A DNA stretch of 64,000 nucleotides. It comes from Spirochaetia bacterium (GTDB taxonomy: Bacteria; Spirochaetota; Spirochaetia; UBA9216). Positions 1 to 9,930 of the stretch are shown here, piece after piece. Position numbers and translations under genes: made by a program. Numbering within the stretch: the stretch's first letter is position 1; each line of letters begins with the position of its first letter. The notes under the pieces were generated by a model. It was not told the DNA's origin and made no database searches. It saw nothing but the letters and a program-made list of their open reading frames with translations. Location: positions 1,856,001 through 1,920,000 of the forward strand of contig CAXXYH010000004.1 in assembly GCA_963677925.2 (NCBI GenBank), in the 5' to 3' direction.

Positions 1-1114
1 CGGTTCACTTGAAATACTTCCGGACGGATACGGTTTTTTGAGATCGCCTCAGAACTCTTATCTTCCCGGTTCAGACGATATATATATTTCACCGTCTCAG
101 ATACGTCTTTTTAATCTTAGGACTGGTGATACGGTAGGCGGACAGATAAGACCACCGAAGGAAGGAGAGCGTTTCTTTGCAATGCTCAGGGTTGAAAAGG
201 TTAACTTTAATGATCCTATCGAGGCTCAGACAAGAATTCCTTTTGACAACCTTACTCCCTTATATCCTGAAGTCAGGCTGGATATGGAGACAAAAACAGA
301 AGATTTGTCCACCAGGATGATAAATCTGTTCTGTCCGATTGGAAAAGGACAGCGAGGTCTTATTGTTTCTCCGCCAAGAACCGGTAAAACCATTCTTCTT
401 CAGCAGATTGCCAATGCTATTACTACCAATCATCCTGAAGTGTTTCTGATGGTTCTGCTTATTGATGAGCGTCCTGAAGAAGTTACAGATATGAGACGAA
501 ATGTTAAGGGCGAAGTTATTGCTTCGACATTTGATGAACAGGCTACAAGACATGTTCAGGTTGCTGAGATGGTCCTTGAAAAGGCCAAAAGGCTTGTAGA
601 GCATAAAAAGGATGTTGTTATCCTTCTGGACTCAATTACAAGACTTGCAAGAGCATATAACCAGACTGTTCCTACATCAGGAAAGATTCTTTCGGGCGGT
701 GTTGACTCAAACGCACTCCACAAACCGAAAAGATTCTTCGGTGCGGCAAGAAACGTAGAGCAGGGCGGAAGCCTTACTATCGTTGCAACTGCACTTATTG
801 ATACAGGAAGCAGGATGGATGAAGTTATCTTTGAGGAATTCAAGGGTACCGGTAATATGGAGATTAACCTTGACCGAAGGATGTCTGACCGGCGTCTTTA
901 TCCGGCTATCAATATCAAGAAGTCGGGTACGAGAAAGGAAGATCTTCTGCTTCTGGAAGAGGAACTGAGTAAACTCTGGGTACTCAGGAAGGTAATTAAT
1001 CCGATGGATGATATCGAAATTACCGAGCTGTTAATTGACAAAATGCGAAAAACCAAGAATAATGAGGCTTTCCTTAGATCGATGAACACTACAGGTGTAA
1101 GTTCAGATATATAG
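1..1114 (+). CDS. rho: Transcription termination factor Rho, 5'-truncated by the window edge
   Basis: Frame is open from position 2 ([15 protein letters not shown]). Motifs [55 protein letters not shown]. The track's start at 38 is internal. Confidence 0.98.
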   Translation, partial: GSLEILPDGYGFLRSPQNSYLPGSDDIYISPSQIRLFNLRTGDTVGGQIRPPKEGERFFAMLRVEKVNFNDPIEAQTRIPFDNLTPLYPEVRLDMETKTEDLSTRMINLFCPIGKGQRGLIVSPPRTGKTILLQQIANAITTNHPEVFLMVLLIDERPEEVTDMRRNVKGEVIASTFDEQATRHVQVAEMVLEKAKRLVEHKKDVVILLDSITRLARAYNQTVPTSGKILSGGVDSNALHKPKRFFGAARNVEQGGSLTIVATALIDTGSRMDEVIFEEFKGTGNMEINLDRRMSDRRLYPAINIKKSGTRKEDLLLLEEELSKLWVLRKVINPMDDIEITELLIDKMRKTKNNEAFLRSMNTTGVSSDI

Positions 1115-1140
1115 ATGAAGGCAATATGGAGGTCCGTAAA

Positions 1141-1350
1141 ATGAAAAAAGACATTCATCCTAACTATGAAATGACAGAGATTAAATGTGCATGCGGTAAT
1201 GTGATCAACACAAGAGCCACAGTTAAAGATATTGAAGTGGAAATTTGTTCTCAGTGCCATCCTTTCTTTACTGGAAAGCAGAAACTAGTTGATACTGCCG
1301 GCCGTGTTGAAAGATTCAACAGAAAATACGGTATCAAGACTGAAAAATAA
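1141..1350 (+). CDS. rpmE: 50S ribosomal protein L31, Zn-binding (C+) type
   Basis: [38 protein letters not shown]; GGAGG SD at 1128-1132. Confidence 0.98.
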   Translation: MKKDIHPNYEMTEIKCACGNVINTRATVKDIEVEICSQCHPFFTGKQKLVDTAGRVERFNRKYGIKTEK

Positions 1351-1370
1351 GTCATTTTATTATGAAATTC

Positions 1371-1403
1371 AGGGCTGACTGATAAAAAGTCAGCCCTTTT
1401 TTT
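1371..1403 (+). terminator. Intrinsic terminator after rpmE
   Basis: AGGGCTGACT-gataaaa-AGTCAGCCCT followed by a T run. Confidence 0.9.
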
Positions 1404-1516
1404 ACTGATAATCAAAACTATTTTTAATTATTCTCAACCGTATGATGACCTTCTGTTTGGGCTTTTTTAATTAATTTATTTGCAAATATTTGCTATTTCT
1501 TTTAATATAAAGCTGG

Positions 1517-2677
1517 ATGGACAGAATAATTGCCGCCCATACTAAAGAATACAACTCAAAGCCTGCTGTTATTGCTTCGGCTCCCGGCATACTGAATTTG
1601 ATGGGTGAGCACACAGATTATAATGAAGGCTGTGTTATTCAGATAGCCATCAACCGCAGCACTACTGTCGCGGTTTCTCCCCGTAAAGATAACTCTCTTA
1701 GATTTTACCTTTCCGATACAGAAGAACGAAAACGTACAACTATTCCTAACCTTAAATACAAAAGAGAAGACCGCTGGGCAAATTATCCGAAGGGCGTGCT
1801 TTTTGAACTTGTAAATATGGGATACCCTGTTAAAGGCCTCGATGTAACGATATCAGGAGATATAATACCCGGTATCGGCCTTGGCGCATCAGCTGCTATG
1901 GAAGTTGCATTTGCTGCAGCTGTAAGTAAGCTGTTTAAACTGGAACTTTCCGACAGCCAGCTTATCCAGGCTGCATCCTATTCTGAATCAACCTTTATCG
2001 GCCGGAATACTGAGTTGACAGATCAGTTCATTTCAACGATATCAAAGAGCGGTAAGGCCGTTTATCTTGATCTGCGTACCCTTGATTTTGAATATCTGCC
2101 TCTTAAAATGCCAGATTTAAATTTTGTAATAATAAATTCAAATGTTCCAGGTACAGATTCAGTCCGTGAAGCGGAGCTTCAGGAAAGAAAACAGCAGTGT
2201 GTTGAATGTGTAGATTACCTGAATAGAAAAAAGCCCGGTAAGAGTCTGCGTGATTACTCTATGGAGGATATTACCGGCGGTCTGGGGCTATTGCCTGAAG
2301 GTATCAGGCGGATATGCACGCATGTGATCGGAGAAACCCAGCGGGCTATTGAGGCTAAGGATACAATAATCTCAGGAAGTTATGATATTTTCGGACGTAT
2401 GATGAACCGATCACACGAGAGTCTCAGGGATAATTATGAAGTTTCATGCCCAGAAATTGACTGGCTTGTAAAACGTTCCCAGGAAATGGAGGGCGTTCTC
2501 GGCTCCAGAATGACCGGGGGCGGTTTCGGCGGCTGTACTGTTACACTTCTTGAATCAAGACTCCTTGACAATTACATTGAAAGACTGCAAGAATATGAGC
2601 ATATATTCGGATTCACGCCGGAGATCTTTGTTTGTGAACCTTCCGGAGGCGTAAAGATTCTATTTCCCGGCGATTGA
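1517..2677 (+). CDS. galK: Galactokinase (GHMP kinase) family protein
   Basis: NLMGEHTDYNEG, WANYPKG, GLGASAA, SHESLRDNYEVSCPEID, GSRMTGGGFGGC. Confidence 0.88.
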   Translation: MDRIIAAHTKEYNSKPAVIASAPGILNLMGEHTDYNEGCVIQIAINRSTTVAVSPRKDNSLRFYLSDTEERKRTTIPNLKYKREDRWANYPKGVLFELVNMGYPVKGLDVTISGDIIPGIGLGASAAMEVAFAAAVSKLFKLELSDSQLIQAASYSESTFIGRNTELTDQFISTISKSGKAVYLDLRTLDFEYLPLKMPDLNFVIINSNVPGTDSVREAELQERKQQCVECVDYLNRKKPGKSLRDYSMEDITGGLGLLPEGIRRICTHVIGETQRAIEAKDTIISGSYDIFGRMMNRSHESLRDNYEVSCPEIDWLVKRSQEMEGVLGSRMTGGGFGGCTVTLLESRLLDNYIERLQEYEHIFGFTPEIFVCEPSGGVKILFPGD

Positions 2678-2684
2678 GGAAATA

Positions 2685-3419
2685 ATGCGTATACTAATTA
2701 CAAATGACGACGGTATCAAAAGTCCGGGACTGAAAGCCCTGAATGATGCCTTTACTGATCATGAAGTCTGGGTCGTTGCTCCTGATAAAGAACAGAGCGG
2801 CCAGTCACATTCCATAACATTCAGAAAACCGGTTTGTTTTGAACCTCATGGGGAAAGAGCATTCGCCTGTGACGGAAGCCCGGCAGACTGTGTAATGTAC
2901 TCTTCTCTCGGCGCCATACCGGTTAAGCCTGATATAGTGGTCTCGGGCATAAATTTAGGTGCAAACCTGGGTACCGATCTTATCTTTTCAGGGACTGCTG
3001 CTGCGGCCCGGCAGGCTGCATTGATGGGAATTCCCGGCATAGCCGTTTCTGTGGATACTTTTTTTGAGCCGTTTTACTTCAAGGGCCTGGCTGACTTTGT
3101 TGCGAGAAACCTCGAACTGATTACTAAGTTGTGGCATCCTGATCATTTTATAAATATTAACGGACCAAATCAGAGCGAGGCCTACAGCGGTGTAAAGGTA
3201 ACAAGTCCTTCAAGAAGGAATTACCGTGACAGCCTTATGCGTTTTGATGCGCCCAGGGGCGGTTCTTATTTTTTCCTTAAAGGAGATCTTGATAAGACCA
3301 CAGAGCCCGGAACGGATGCCGATGCCGTTGCAAATGGCTATATCTCAATATCTCCGGTTTTTCTGCATCCCCAGAACCGCTCAGAAGAGGAAGCGTATCT
3401 AAAGGCGGATTTCAAATAG
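2685..3419 (+). CDS. surE: 5'/3'-nucleotidase SurE
   Basis: MRILITNDDG, EQSGQSHSIT, DGSPADCV, VVSGINLGANLG, SGTAAAA. Confidence 0.97.
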   Translation: MRILITNDDGIKSPGLKALNDAFTDHEVWVVAPDKEQSGQSHSITFRKPVCFEPHGERAFACDGSPADCVMYSSLGAIPVKPDIVVSGINLGANLGTDLIFSGTAAAARQAALMGIPGIAVSVDTFFEPFYFKGLADFVARNLELITKLWHPDHFININGPNQSEAYSGVKVTSPSRRNYRDSLMRFDAPRGGSYFFLKGDLDKTTEPGTDADAVANGYISISPVFLHPQNRSEEEAYLKADFK

Positions 3420-3422
3420 TTT

Positions 3423-4118
3423 ATGGCGGATCATTTTCAGGAAGGAAAGCAGTTATACAAAAATCAGAAGTACCGGCAGGCTGTGTCATCGTTTCTTAAA
3501 GTAAGCGAAACTCCGCTTGATATTCCGGATTTATCCTACTACATGGGCTTGTGCTACGCAAAGATTGAAGACTGGGATGAAGCACTGTTGTACCTCGAGT
3601 CAGTAGTAAATAATCATGACAATATTCTCAGGATCTATCAGAGCAGGATGATATTGAGTTATATTTATACTGTTACCGGACGGATAAAACTTGCGGAATT
3701 TGAGTTAAAGAAACTTCTTGATGAAGGTTTTGAGTCCCCCCAGGTTTATGCAAACTACAGCTTTATATACTTTGAGGCCGGAAAGCATGAAAAGGCTATT
3801 GACTGTCTGAATAAAGCAATAAAGCTTGACAGCTCAAATGCGAACGCTATTAATTCCCTGGGATATATTCTCGCTGATAAGAAAATGGATATAGAGCAGG
3901 CAGTTGAATACTGTAAAAGAGCCGTTAAACTTAATCCTGACAATCCCGCCTATCTCGATTCTCTGGGCTGGGCTTTTTACAGATCCGGTAAGAATGATGA
4001 AGCCAGGCATTATCTCAAGCGGGCTTTCGAATTGGCCGGCAGCAATAAGACCATTTCGGCTCATTTACGCACGGTTCTTGATGATATAGAACGTAAAAAA
4101 AAGCTTAAAGCAAGGTGA
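3423..4118 (+). CDS. TPR-repeat protein
   Basis: Tandem TPRs, e.g. NAINSLGYILAD..A..YCKRAVKLNPDNPAYLDSLGWAFY. Confidence 0.9.
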   Translation: MADHFQEGKQLYKNQKYRQAVSSFLKVSETPLDIPDLSYYMGLCYAKIEDWDEALLYLESVVNNHDNILRIYQSRMILSYIYTVTGRIKLAEFELKKLLDEGFESPQVYANYSFIYFEAGKHEKAIDCLNKAIKLDSSNANAINSLGYILADKKMDIEQAVEYCKRAVKLNPDNPAYLDSLGWAFYRSGKNDEARHYLKRAFELAGSNKTISAHLRTVLDDIERKKKLKAR

Positions 4119-4174
4119 TTTTTTACTTATTACATGCATTAAAGTGTCGAAAATTTAAATGTGGAGACATGATA

Positions 4175-4339
4175 ATGCGTGTAGAAAGTTCTATAAGTAC
4201 AAATGTCAGACCTCCTGAGACTTTAAGAAACAGTAAAGAAGTTGTAGCAGCTGATGATATTAAAACCATTCTATTTCTGGGGATTAGAAGTGATCTGCCT
4301 GTAAACCGTCAGGAGAGGAAGGTAGATATATTTGCATAA
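4175..4339 (+). CDS. Small hypothetical protein (~54 aa) ending in KVDIFA
   Basis: GGAG SD at 4163-4166 before ATG 4175 (alternative ATG 4169); fills the gap in the operon. Confidence 0.65.
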   Translation: MRVESSISTNVRPPETLRNSKEVVAADDIKTILFLGIRSDLPVNRQERKVDIFA

Positions 4340-4342
4340 CAG

Positions 4343-6415
4343 GTGTATACTTTTCCTGTGAAAAAAACCGGATTATCAAGCAGCTGCAGATTTCTATTTC
4401 TTCTGATTTTTTCTATTTTTTTTATTGGTCAGAATATTTACTCACAGGATAAAATTGATCTTGATCAGCTCAGCGCTTCGGAAGAATTCAAGTGGGGTGT
4501 AAAGGCCTACCACAGGGGAATCTTTGCCGAAGCTGCGCGTGCATTCGAGAGGGCGCTTGCATATAAACCTGAGAATGCGGAATATCAGCAGTGGCTGGGG
4601 CTGTCATGGTACAGATCCGGGTTTACCGATGAGGCGCTTAATATATGGAGTACTCTTTCATCAGCTGGTAAAGCAGATTCAATTCTTTTGAACCGGCTGG
4701 AAATTCTTGAACAGAAAACCGGCATAGAGGGATCCTTTGCTCCTTCCGGACGATATCTGAACGCTCTGAACCTCAGCGGCGATCTTCCTGATTACAGTCT
4801 TTTTAAAAGGCCGTCCTCAATTTATCCCGATAAAAACGGCGGTTTTTTTCTCTCATCCTATGGAACCAATGAAATCCTCAGATTTAATTCCAACGCTGCA
4901 GTTACCGGACGTCTAAACGGTGGTCTTGAAGGCTTTAACCATCCATTTGATGTTGTAATTGGAGATAACGGTCTAGTGTATGTCAGTGAGTTCAATGGAG
5001 ATAGAATTACCCGTTGTACTGTTGCCGGCAGGGAGTTGATCCGTTTCGGAGAAACCGGCCGGGGAGAGGGGCAGCTTCTCGGACCTCAGTTTATGGCTTT
5101 CGATGACAAGGGGTACCTTTATGTTACCGATTCCGGAAACCGCCGTGTTGTGAAATTCGATTCTGATGGTAATTACATACTTGATTTCGGAACAAAAACC
5201 TATAATTTTAAAGGTCTCGGCTATCCTACCGGCATTGCCTGCATCAGCGGTTTTGTATATGTGGCTGATGCCAGAAACGGTTCGGTAACAGTGTTCGACC
5301 AAAGCGGAAACTATATTTCTGTACTTGCTCAGGGTAAATTCAACAGGCCGGAAGGTTTGTCGGTAAAATCACCGGAGAATCTCTTTGTTGCCGATTCGAC
5401 CAGAATAATGAATCTGAACACTGAAACCGGTATGGTTACAATGGTATCTGAACTCGAAGGCGAAGGGGATAAGGTTATGAAGGCTGTAGTTGATTCAAAC
5501 AACAATCTTCTTACCGCCGATTTTGATCGCAATGCTGTGACTGTCCTTACGGAAATGGCAAACCTTTATTCAGGCCTTTTTGTTCAGATTGACAGAGTTG
5601 ACTCCTCACGTTTCCCTGAAATTACTGTAGACATAAGGGTGCAGGACAGACTTGGAGTACCATTTGTAGGTCTTCTTCCCAACAATTTTGTATTAACTGA
5701 TAATAACTATCAGGCCTCGGATGTGAATCTTCTTTTCAGCGGGAACACTGTCAGCAGCTCAAATATTGCAGTGCTTCTTGATTGTAGAGAGTCTATGTCC
5801 GCATATGTTGATGAATCTTCCAAAGCTGTCAGTTCTTTGTATGATGCTGTTGATGGTCATGCTTCGCTGAGGCTCATATCCTCAGGAAGTAATCCGGCAA
5901 CAGAGAATAATCCGGGCGAAGGTATCAGAAATATGCTTGATTCGGTGGCTAAGTCTGAGATTTATGCTTCTGATGCCAGATTCGATCTCGGGCTCAGGCA
6001 TGCTGTTTCTGAATTGATTCCCGGCAGGGGACGCAGGTCGATTGTATATATCACTGATGGCGGTACTTCGGACTATACTTTCGAGCAGTTTCATCCTATT
6101 GAGCTCGCTGATTATATGCTGAATAATGGAATCAGTTTTTACTGCATAACATTGAATAACAAAGAAGAACCCGATGCCGGATATCAATATCTGTGTGAAA
6201 AAACCGGTGGGGAGATAATCTATCTTTACCGTCCGGAAGGGCTGAAAGGTCTGGTTGAGATGATAAACGGCAAACCTGATGGAAGTTATACGCTTGGTTT
6301 CAGATCAATGTTTATTAATGTTTCTCCGGATGATTACATCCCTATTGAGGTTGAGGCTTTTCTATTCAACCGCAGCGGAAGAGAAAAATCAGGATATTAT
6401 AAGCCGGAAATTTGA
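4343..6415 (+). CDS. Exported TPR + NHL beta-propeller + vWA-like protein; probable spirochaete flagellar collar protein (BB0236/FlcD-like)
   Basis: N-terminal hydrophobic segment, TPRs, NHL repeats (GQLLGPQFMAFDDKGYLYVTDSGNRRVVKFD), C-terminal vWA-like region (IAVLLD..SM, IVYITDG). Confidence 0.75.
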   Translation: MYTFPVKKTGLSSSCRFLFLLIFSIFFIGQNIYSQDKIDLDQLSASEEFKWGVKAYHRGIFAEAARAFERALAYKPENAEYQQWLGLSWYRSGFTDEALNIWSTLSSAGKADSILLNRLEILEQKTGIEGSFAPSGRYLNALNLSGDLPDYSLFKRPSSIYPDKNGGFFLSSYGTNEILRFNSNAAVTGRLNGGLEGFNHPFDVVIGDNGLVYVSEFNGDRITRCTVAGRELIRFGETGRGEGQLLGPQFMAFDDKGYLYVTDSGNRRVVKFDSDGNYILDFGTKTYNFKGLGYPTGIACISGFVYVADARNGSVTVFDQSGNYISVLAQGKFNRPEGLSVKSPENLFVADSTRIMNLNTETGMVTMVSELEGEGDKVMKAVVDSNNNLLTADFDRNAVTVLTEMANLYSGLFVQIDRVDSSRFPEITVDIRVQDRLGVPFVGLLPNNFVLTDNNYQASDVNLLFSGNTVSSSNIAVLLDCRESMSAYVDESSKAVSSLYDAVDGHASLRLISSGSNPATENNPGEGIRNMLDSVAKSEIYASDARFDLGLRHAVSELIPGRGRRSIVYITDGGTSDYTFEQFHPIELADYMLNNGISFYCITLNNKEEPDAGYQYLCEKTGGEIIYLYRPEGLKGLVEMINGKPDGSYTLGFRSMFINVSPDDYIPIEVEAFLFNRSGREKSGYYKPEI

Positions 6416-6417
6416 TA

Positions 6418-6750
6418 ATGTCAGGTAAGTTTAAACAGCGCTGGGAATCGTACTGTAACGGCTGTGGCCAGTGCTGCTGTGAAAAATACCCCAAATCTTT
6501 TTATGAGTTCGAATCCCAATTCCCGAAAGGCAGACTGTCGGTAAACCAGAAATATTTCATAGATTTCTCAAGAACCTGCAGATTTTTCAATATCGAAACC
6601 GGACAGTGTCTGGTGTATCACAGCAGGTTTAAAGACTGTTCTACCTGCATTCCTATGACAATTTTTCATGCTCTTTTTGCAGGATTCCTGCCGAAAGAAT
6701 GCGGTTATGTAATGAAATTCAGACCATGGCTAAGGTGGAAAGACAAATGA
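6418..6750 (+). CDS. YkgJ/YcgN-like cysteine-cluster protein
   Basis: CNGCGQCC..CRFF..CLVY..R..C..C..LPKECGYV. Confidence 0.8.
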   Translation: MSGKFKQRWESYCNGCGQCCCEKYPKSFYEFESQFPKGRLSVNQKYFIDFSRTCRFFNIETGQCLVYHSRFKDCSTCIPMTIFHALFAGFLPKECGYVMKFRPWLRWKDK

Positions 6751-7595
6751 AAATAGACTTCAGAAATATATTCAGCATATTCATTTTTTGTGCAGCTTTT
6801 TTTGCCCTGCCGAACGTCTGTGCGGATTCCGTTCTGGCTGATTCAAACAGTATTATTTCCGGACTGTCTGAGGAAGCTGCAGCTGTTCTTCAAATGGAAG
6901 GGCAGGTTTACAGATTTGATGAGGAAGGACATGGGCTTTTGTATCTGCCGGATACAATACTCAGCAGCAGAATTAAGAGTCTGCATTCGGAGCTATCTCC
7001 GGAAATCACTGTTGAAGCATTGTTCAGGGTCCCGTATCCTGAAGATATGGAGCCGGGCAGGGAGACTTTGCGTGAGCTGTATAACCTTTCAAGAAAAGTA
7101 AGTACGTTTGAGGGCGTTCAGTATTATTCAGCAACGAGGAAAAAATACGATACACTTTTTAAAAAAGCCTACAGAATAAACAGTCCTGACAGTCGGATCA
7201 GGGTGGAAAATCCTGCACCTGTTTCTGTCCCTTTTGATGATTCGGTTTATCTTTTTATGCAGGAAAATTCGATGGGCAAGAGTACTTACAGGCTGGATTA
7301 TCATCCGGCGGGCGATGAATTGATGATTACTCTTACCAATGAGGAGAATCTGGGAATATTGTTCAAGGTCGTATATGCCCGTGAGATGAAGGTTTCGCTT
7401 ATTGTGATTCCGTGCTCTGATTGCATACTTATTTATGGCTACTGCGGTGCCGTCCTTCAGAATGATGAACTTGTTAATGTTTTTATTGATCCCTATGATG
7501 CCTTTTATAGACGGATGAGTGCGATGGAGACCTGGTTTTATAATAATCTTCATGAAACCAGTATTCTGCTGCCTCAATCTGAAGTTCAGCCTTAA
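6747..7595 (+). CDS. Exported spirochaete hypothetical protein (DUF6675-like)
   Basis: ATGA overlap with the upstream stop, signal peptide, motif STFEGVQYYSATRKKYDTLF. Confidence 0.65.
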   Translation: MKIDFRNIFSIFIFCAAFFALPNVCADSVLADSNSIISGLSEEAAAVLQMEGQVYRFDEEGHGLLYLPDTILSSRIKSLHSELSPEITVEALFRVPYPEDMEPGRETLRELYNLSRKVSTFEGVQYYSATRKKYDTLFKKAYRINSPDSRIRVENPAPVSVPFDDSVYLFMQENSMGKSTYRLDYHPAGDELMITLTNEENLGILFKVVYAREMKVSLIVIPCSDCILIYGYCGAVLQNDELVNVFIDPYDAFYRRMSAMETWFYNNLHETSILLPQSEVQP

Positions 7596-7693
7596 AAAAA
7601 CTGTAATTCACTAATTATTAACTTAAAGATTATAATCTCATTCTCTTTTAATGAACTTATGTTTAACGATGTGTAAATATGTTTAGAAATAGC

Positions 7694-7723
7694 TTGACTG
7701 ATCCGCAAACTCTAAATTAGACT
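7694..7723 (+). promoter_or_regulatory. Putative sigma70 promoter of pckG
   Basis: TTGACT-N18-TAGACT. Confidence 0.45.
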
Positions 7724-7777
7724 AAACATAAGTGTATTGTGTGAAATATTGACTATAAACAATTCTATGAAAGGGGT

Positions 7778-9772
7778 TTGAATATGTTAAAAATGAGGGA
7801 GGGGATTGATATCCTTTCTGATGTGGGAGGAATTCATAGTCTTGAAGCTGCAAAGTCTGTTTTCAAGTCAAATATGGACGCTTCGAATCTTGCCAAACTG
7901 GATAAAATCAGTAACGCTGATGCTCTGCTTAAGATTGCAAATGCAATTTCAATGTGTGAACCCGATTCAGTTTTTGTTATAAGTGATTCAAAAGAGGATG
8001 CTGTATATGTTAAAGAGCAGAGTCTGAAAACAGGTGAAGAAAAGAGACTTGAGCTCAGGGCACATACAATACATTTTGATCTTCCTGAAGATCAGGGTCG
8101 TCTTGTAGACCAGACTTTTTATATAGTAAATGAGGATGAAGATATAAGCTCAATTGCAAAGAAAGAATCACGGGTTGCTGCGAATACCTATGTAAAAGAG
8201 AATATGAAAGGGATAATGAAGGGGCTTACAATGTATGTAGCCTTTCTCAATAGAGGCCCGGTTGGAGCAAAAGCTTCTATTCCTGCTCTAATGATAACAT
8301 CCTCTACCTATGTTCAAACCTCAGGCGAGCTTCTATACAGGAATGTATACAAATATTTTGATGCTGAAGCAGAACGCTGCGGTACTTTTTTTACTAATGT
8401 TCACAGCCAGGGTACAAATAGATCAGAAGATGTTTCGCGAGCCAGGATTTATATGGACAGAAGCTGGCAGACTTGTTACTCAACATTCTGTACTTATGCG
8501 GGGAATACTCTGCTTTTAAAGAAGGGTAATCATAGATTTGCTGTAGACAGGGCAACCTATTTTAAAATTGAGGAAGAATTATCCGAGCACATGTTTATAA
8601 CCGGTATGACCGGTCCGGGAGGTCGAAAGACTTATTTCGCCGGAGCAGCTCCGTCTGGATGCGGAAAGACCACAACTGCTATGGTGGGCACTGATTTCAT
8701 AGGTGATGATCTCGCTCAGATGTGGATTAATGAAGAAAATGGGACCCTCCGCGCCATCAATCCCGAGACCGGTATTTTCGGAATACTTGAAGATGTCAAC
8801 CAGGCCGGAGATCCCTTTCTTATGAAGAGATTGAGGCAGGAAGGTACAACCGTTATTTTTTCAAATGTGCTTGTCGACGAGAATAACAGGCCCAGATGGA
8901 ACGGTGACGGAGAGCCCTTACCTTCAAACGGCGAAAACTTTCAGGGTGAATGGTATGAAGGGAAAACTGACAAAAACGGAAAACCTGTTCCTATGTCTCA
9001 TCCAAATTCAAGATGTACGCTGGTCTGTGATTCCATTGATAACTATAACAGGGAGGCTGCAGACAGTTCTGAGGGTGTTCATGTTCAGGTCGTAACATAT
9101 TCCGGACGCGATGCTGATACCATGCCCCCGGTCTGGGTAGCAAAGACTATGGATTGCGGAGTTGCAATTGGCGCTTCAATCGTATCCGCAGCAACTGCAA
9201 CTGAGGTCGGCGCTTCAGGTGTTAGAAGACAGCCCTGGGCCAATGCTCCTTTTATTCCGGGGGCACTGGGAGATTATATGAATGCCCAATTCCGTTTTTT
9301 TAACAGCCCGAAGCTTGTAAATAAGCCTATAATGGCCGGGCTGAATTATTTTCTTACAGAAGGAGCCCGCGGGGGAGTTGGTAAAAAGCTTCTCGGAGAA
9401 AAAAAAGATGTAAAGGTTTGGCTTGGCTGGCTGGAACTGCGGGCAAACGGAGACGTTGAAGCTATAGAAACACCTATAGGATATATTCCGTATTACGAAG
9501 ATCTTAAACAACTTTTTGCCGGAATAGGAAAACCATATCCTAAGGATCTGTATGACCGGCAGTTTTCCTTTTATGTGGATAATATTATTGCCAGACTGGA
9601 TCTTCAGGAAGATGCTTTTCGAAAAGAGGAGGGTGTGCCGGAGAAGATATTCTCAGTATATGCAGAGCAGAGAGCCGGCCTATATGCTCTGAAAGAAGCT
9701 TATGGGACAGTGGTTTCTGTGACACAGCTAAAGGATGCCGCAGCGGAAAAATTTTGTGTGAAGGTTTCATGA
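7778..9772 (+). CDS. pckG: Phosphoenolpyruvate carboxykinase (GTP)
   Basis: YAGNTLLLKK, SEHMFITG, AAPSGCGKT, IGDDLA, AINPETGIFG, HPNSRC; start is TTG 7778 or ATG 7784. Confidence 0.95.
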   Translation: MNMLKMREGIDILSDVGGIHSLEAAKSVFKSNMDASNLAKLDKISNADALLKIANAISMCEPDSVFVISDSKEDAVYVKEQSLKTGEEKRLELRAHTIHFDLPEDQGRLVDQTFYIVNEDEDISSIAKKESRVAANTYVKENMKGIMKGLTMYVAFLNRGPVGAKASIPALMITSSTYVQTSGELLYRNVYKYFDAEAERCGTFFTNVHSQGTNRSEDVSRARIYMDRSWQTCYSTFCTYAGNTLLLKKGNHRFAVDRATYFKIEEELSEHMFITGMTGPGGRKTYFAGAAPSGCGKTTTAMVGTDFIGDDLAQMWINEENGTLRAINPETGIFGILEDVNQAGDPFLMKRLRQEGTTVIFSNVLVDENNRPRWNGDGEPLPSNGENFQGEWYEGKTDKNGKPVPMSHPNSRCTLVCDSIDNYNREAADSSEGVHVQVVTYSGRDADTMPPVWVAKTMDCGVAIGASIVSAATATEVGASGVRRQPWANAPFIPGALGDYMNAQFRFFNSPKLVNKPIMAGLNYFLTEGARGGVGKKLLGEKKDVKVWLGWLELRANGDVEAIETPIGYIPYYEDLKQLFAGIGKPYPKDLYDRQFSFYVDNIIARLDLQEDAFRKEEGVPEKIFSVYAEQRAGLYALKEAYGTVVSVTQLKDAAAEKFCVKVS

Positions 9773-9785
9773 TTAAATAACACCA

Positions 9786-9814
9786 GGCTGCCTGAATTAC
9801 AGGCAGCTTTTTTT
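9786..9814 (+). terminator. Intrinsic terminator after pckG
   Basis: GCTGCCTG-aatta-CAGGCAGC plus T7. Confidence 0.9.
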
Positions 9815-9834
9815 ATTCTGATTATTAAAAAAAG

Positions 9835-9863
9835 TTGACTTAGAGTTTCATAATAGGTAGACT
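9835..9863 (+). promoter_or_regulatory. Putative sigma70 promoter of the soluble MCP gene
   Basis: TTGACT-N17-TAGACT. Confidence 0.5.
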
Positions 9864-9930
9864 TACTCTTTAAAAGTCTTTGATTGATAAATGTTGTTAA
9901 ATATCCCATTTTGGAGAACGCAGTTTAGTC

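Noticed and set aside
4127-4153. Sigma28 promoter for the small VDIFA ORF (GTCGAAAA)
   Set aside because: The -10 is only partly matched and there is no TAAA at the proper spacing.
7738-7760. Rex operator at pckG (TGTGAAATATTGACTA)
   Set aside because: The right half-site deviates too far from TTCACAA to support the call.
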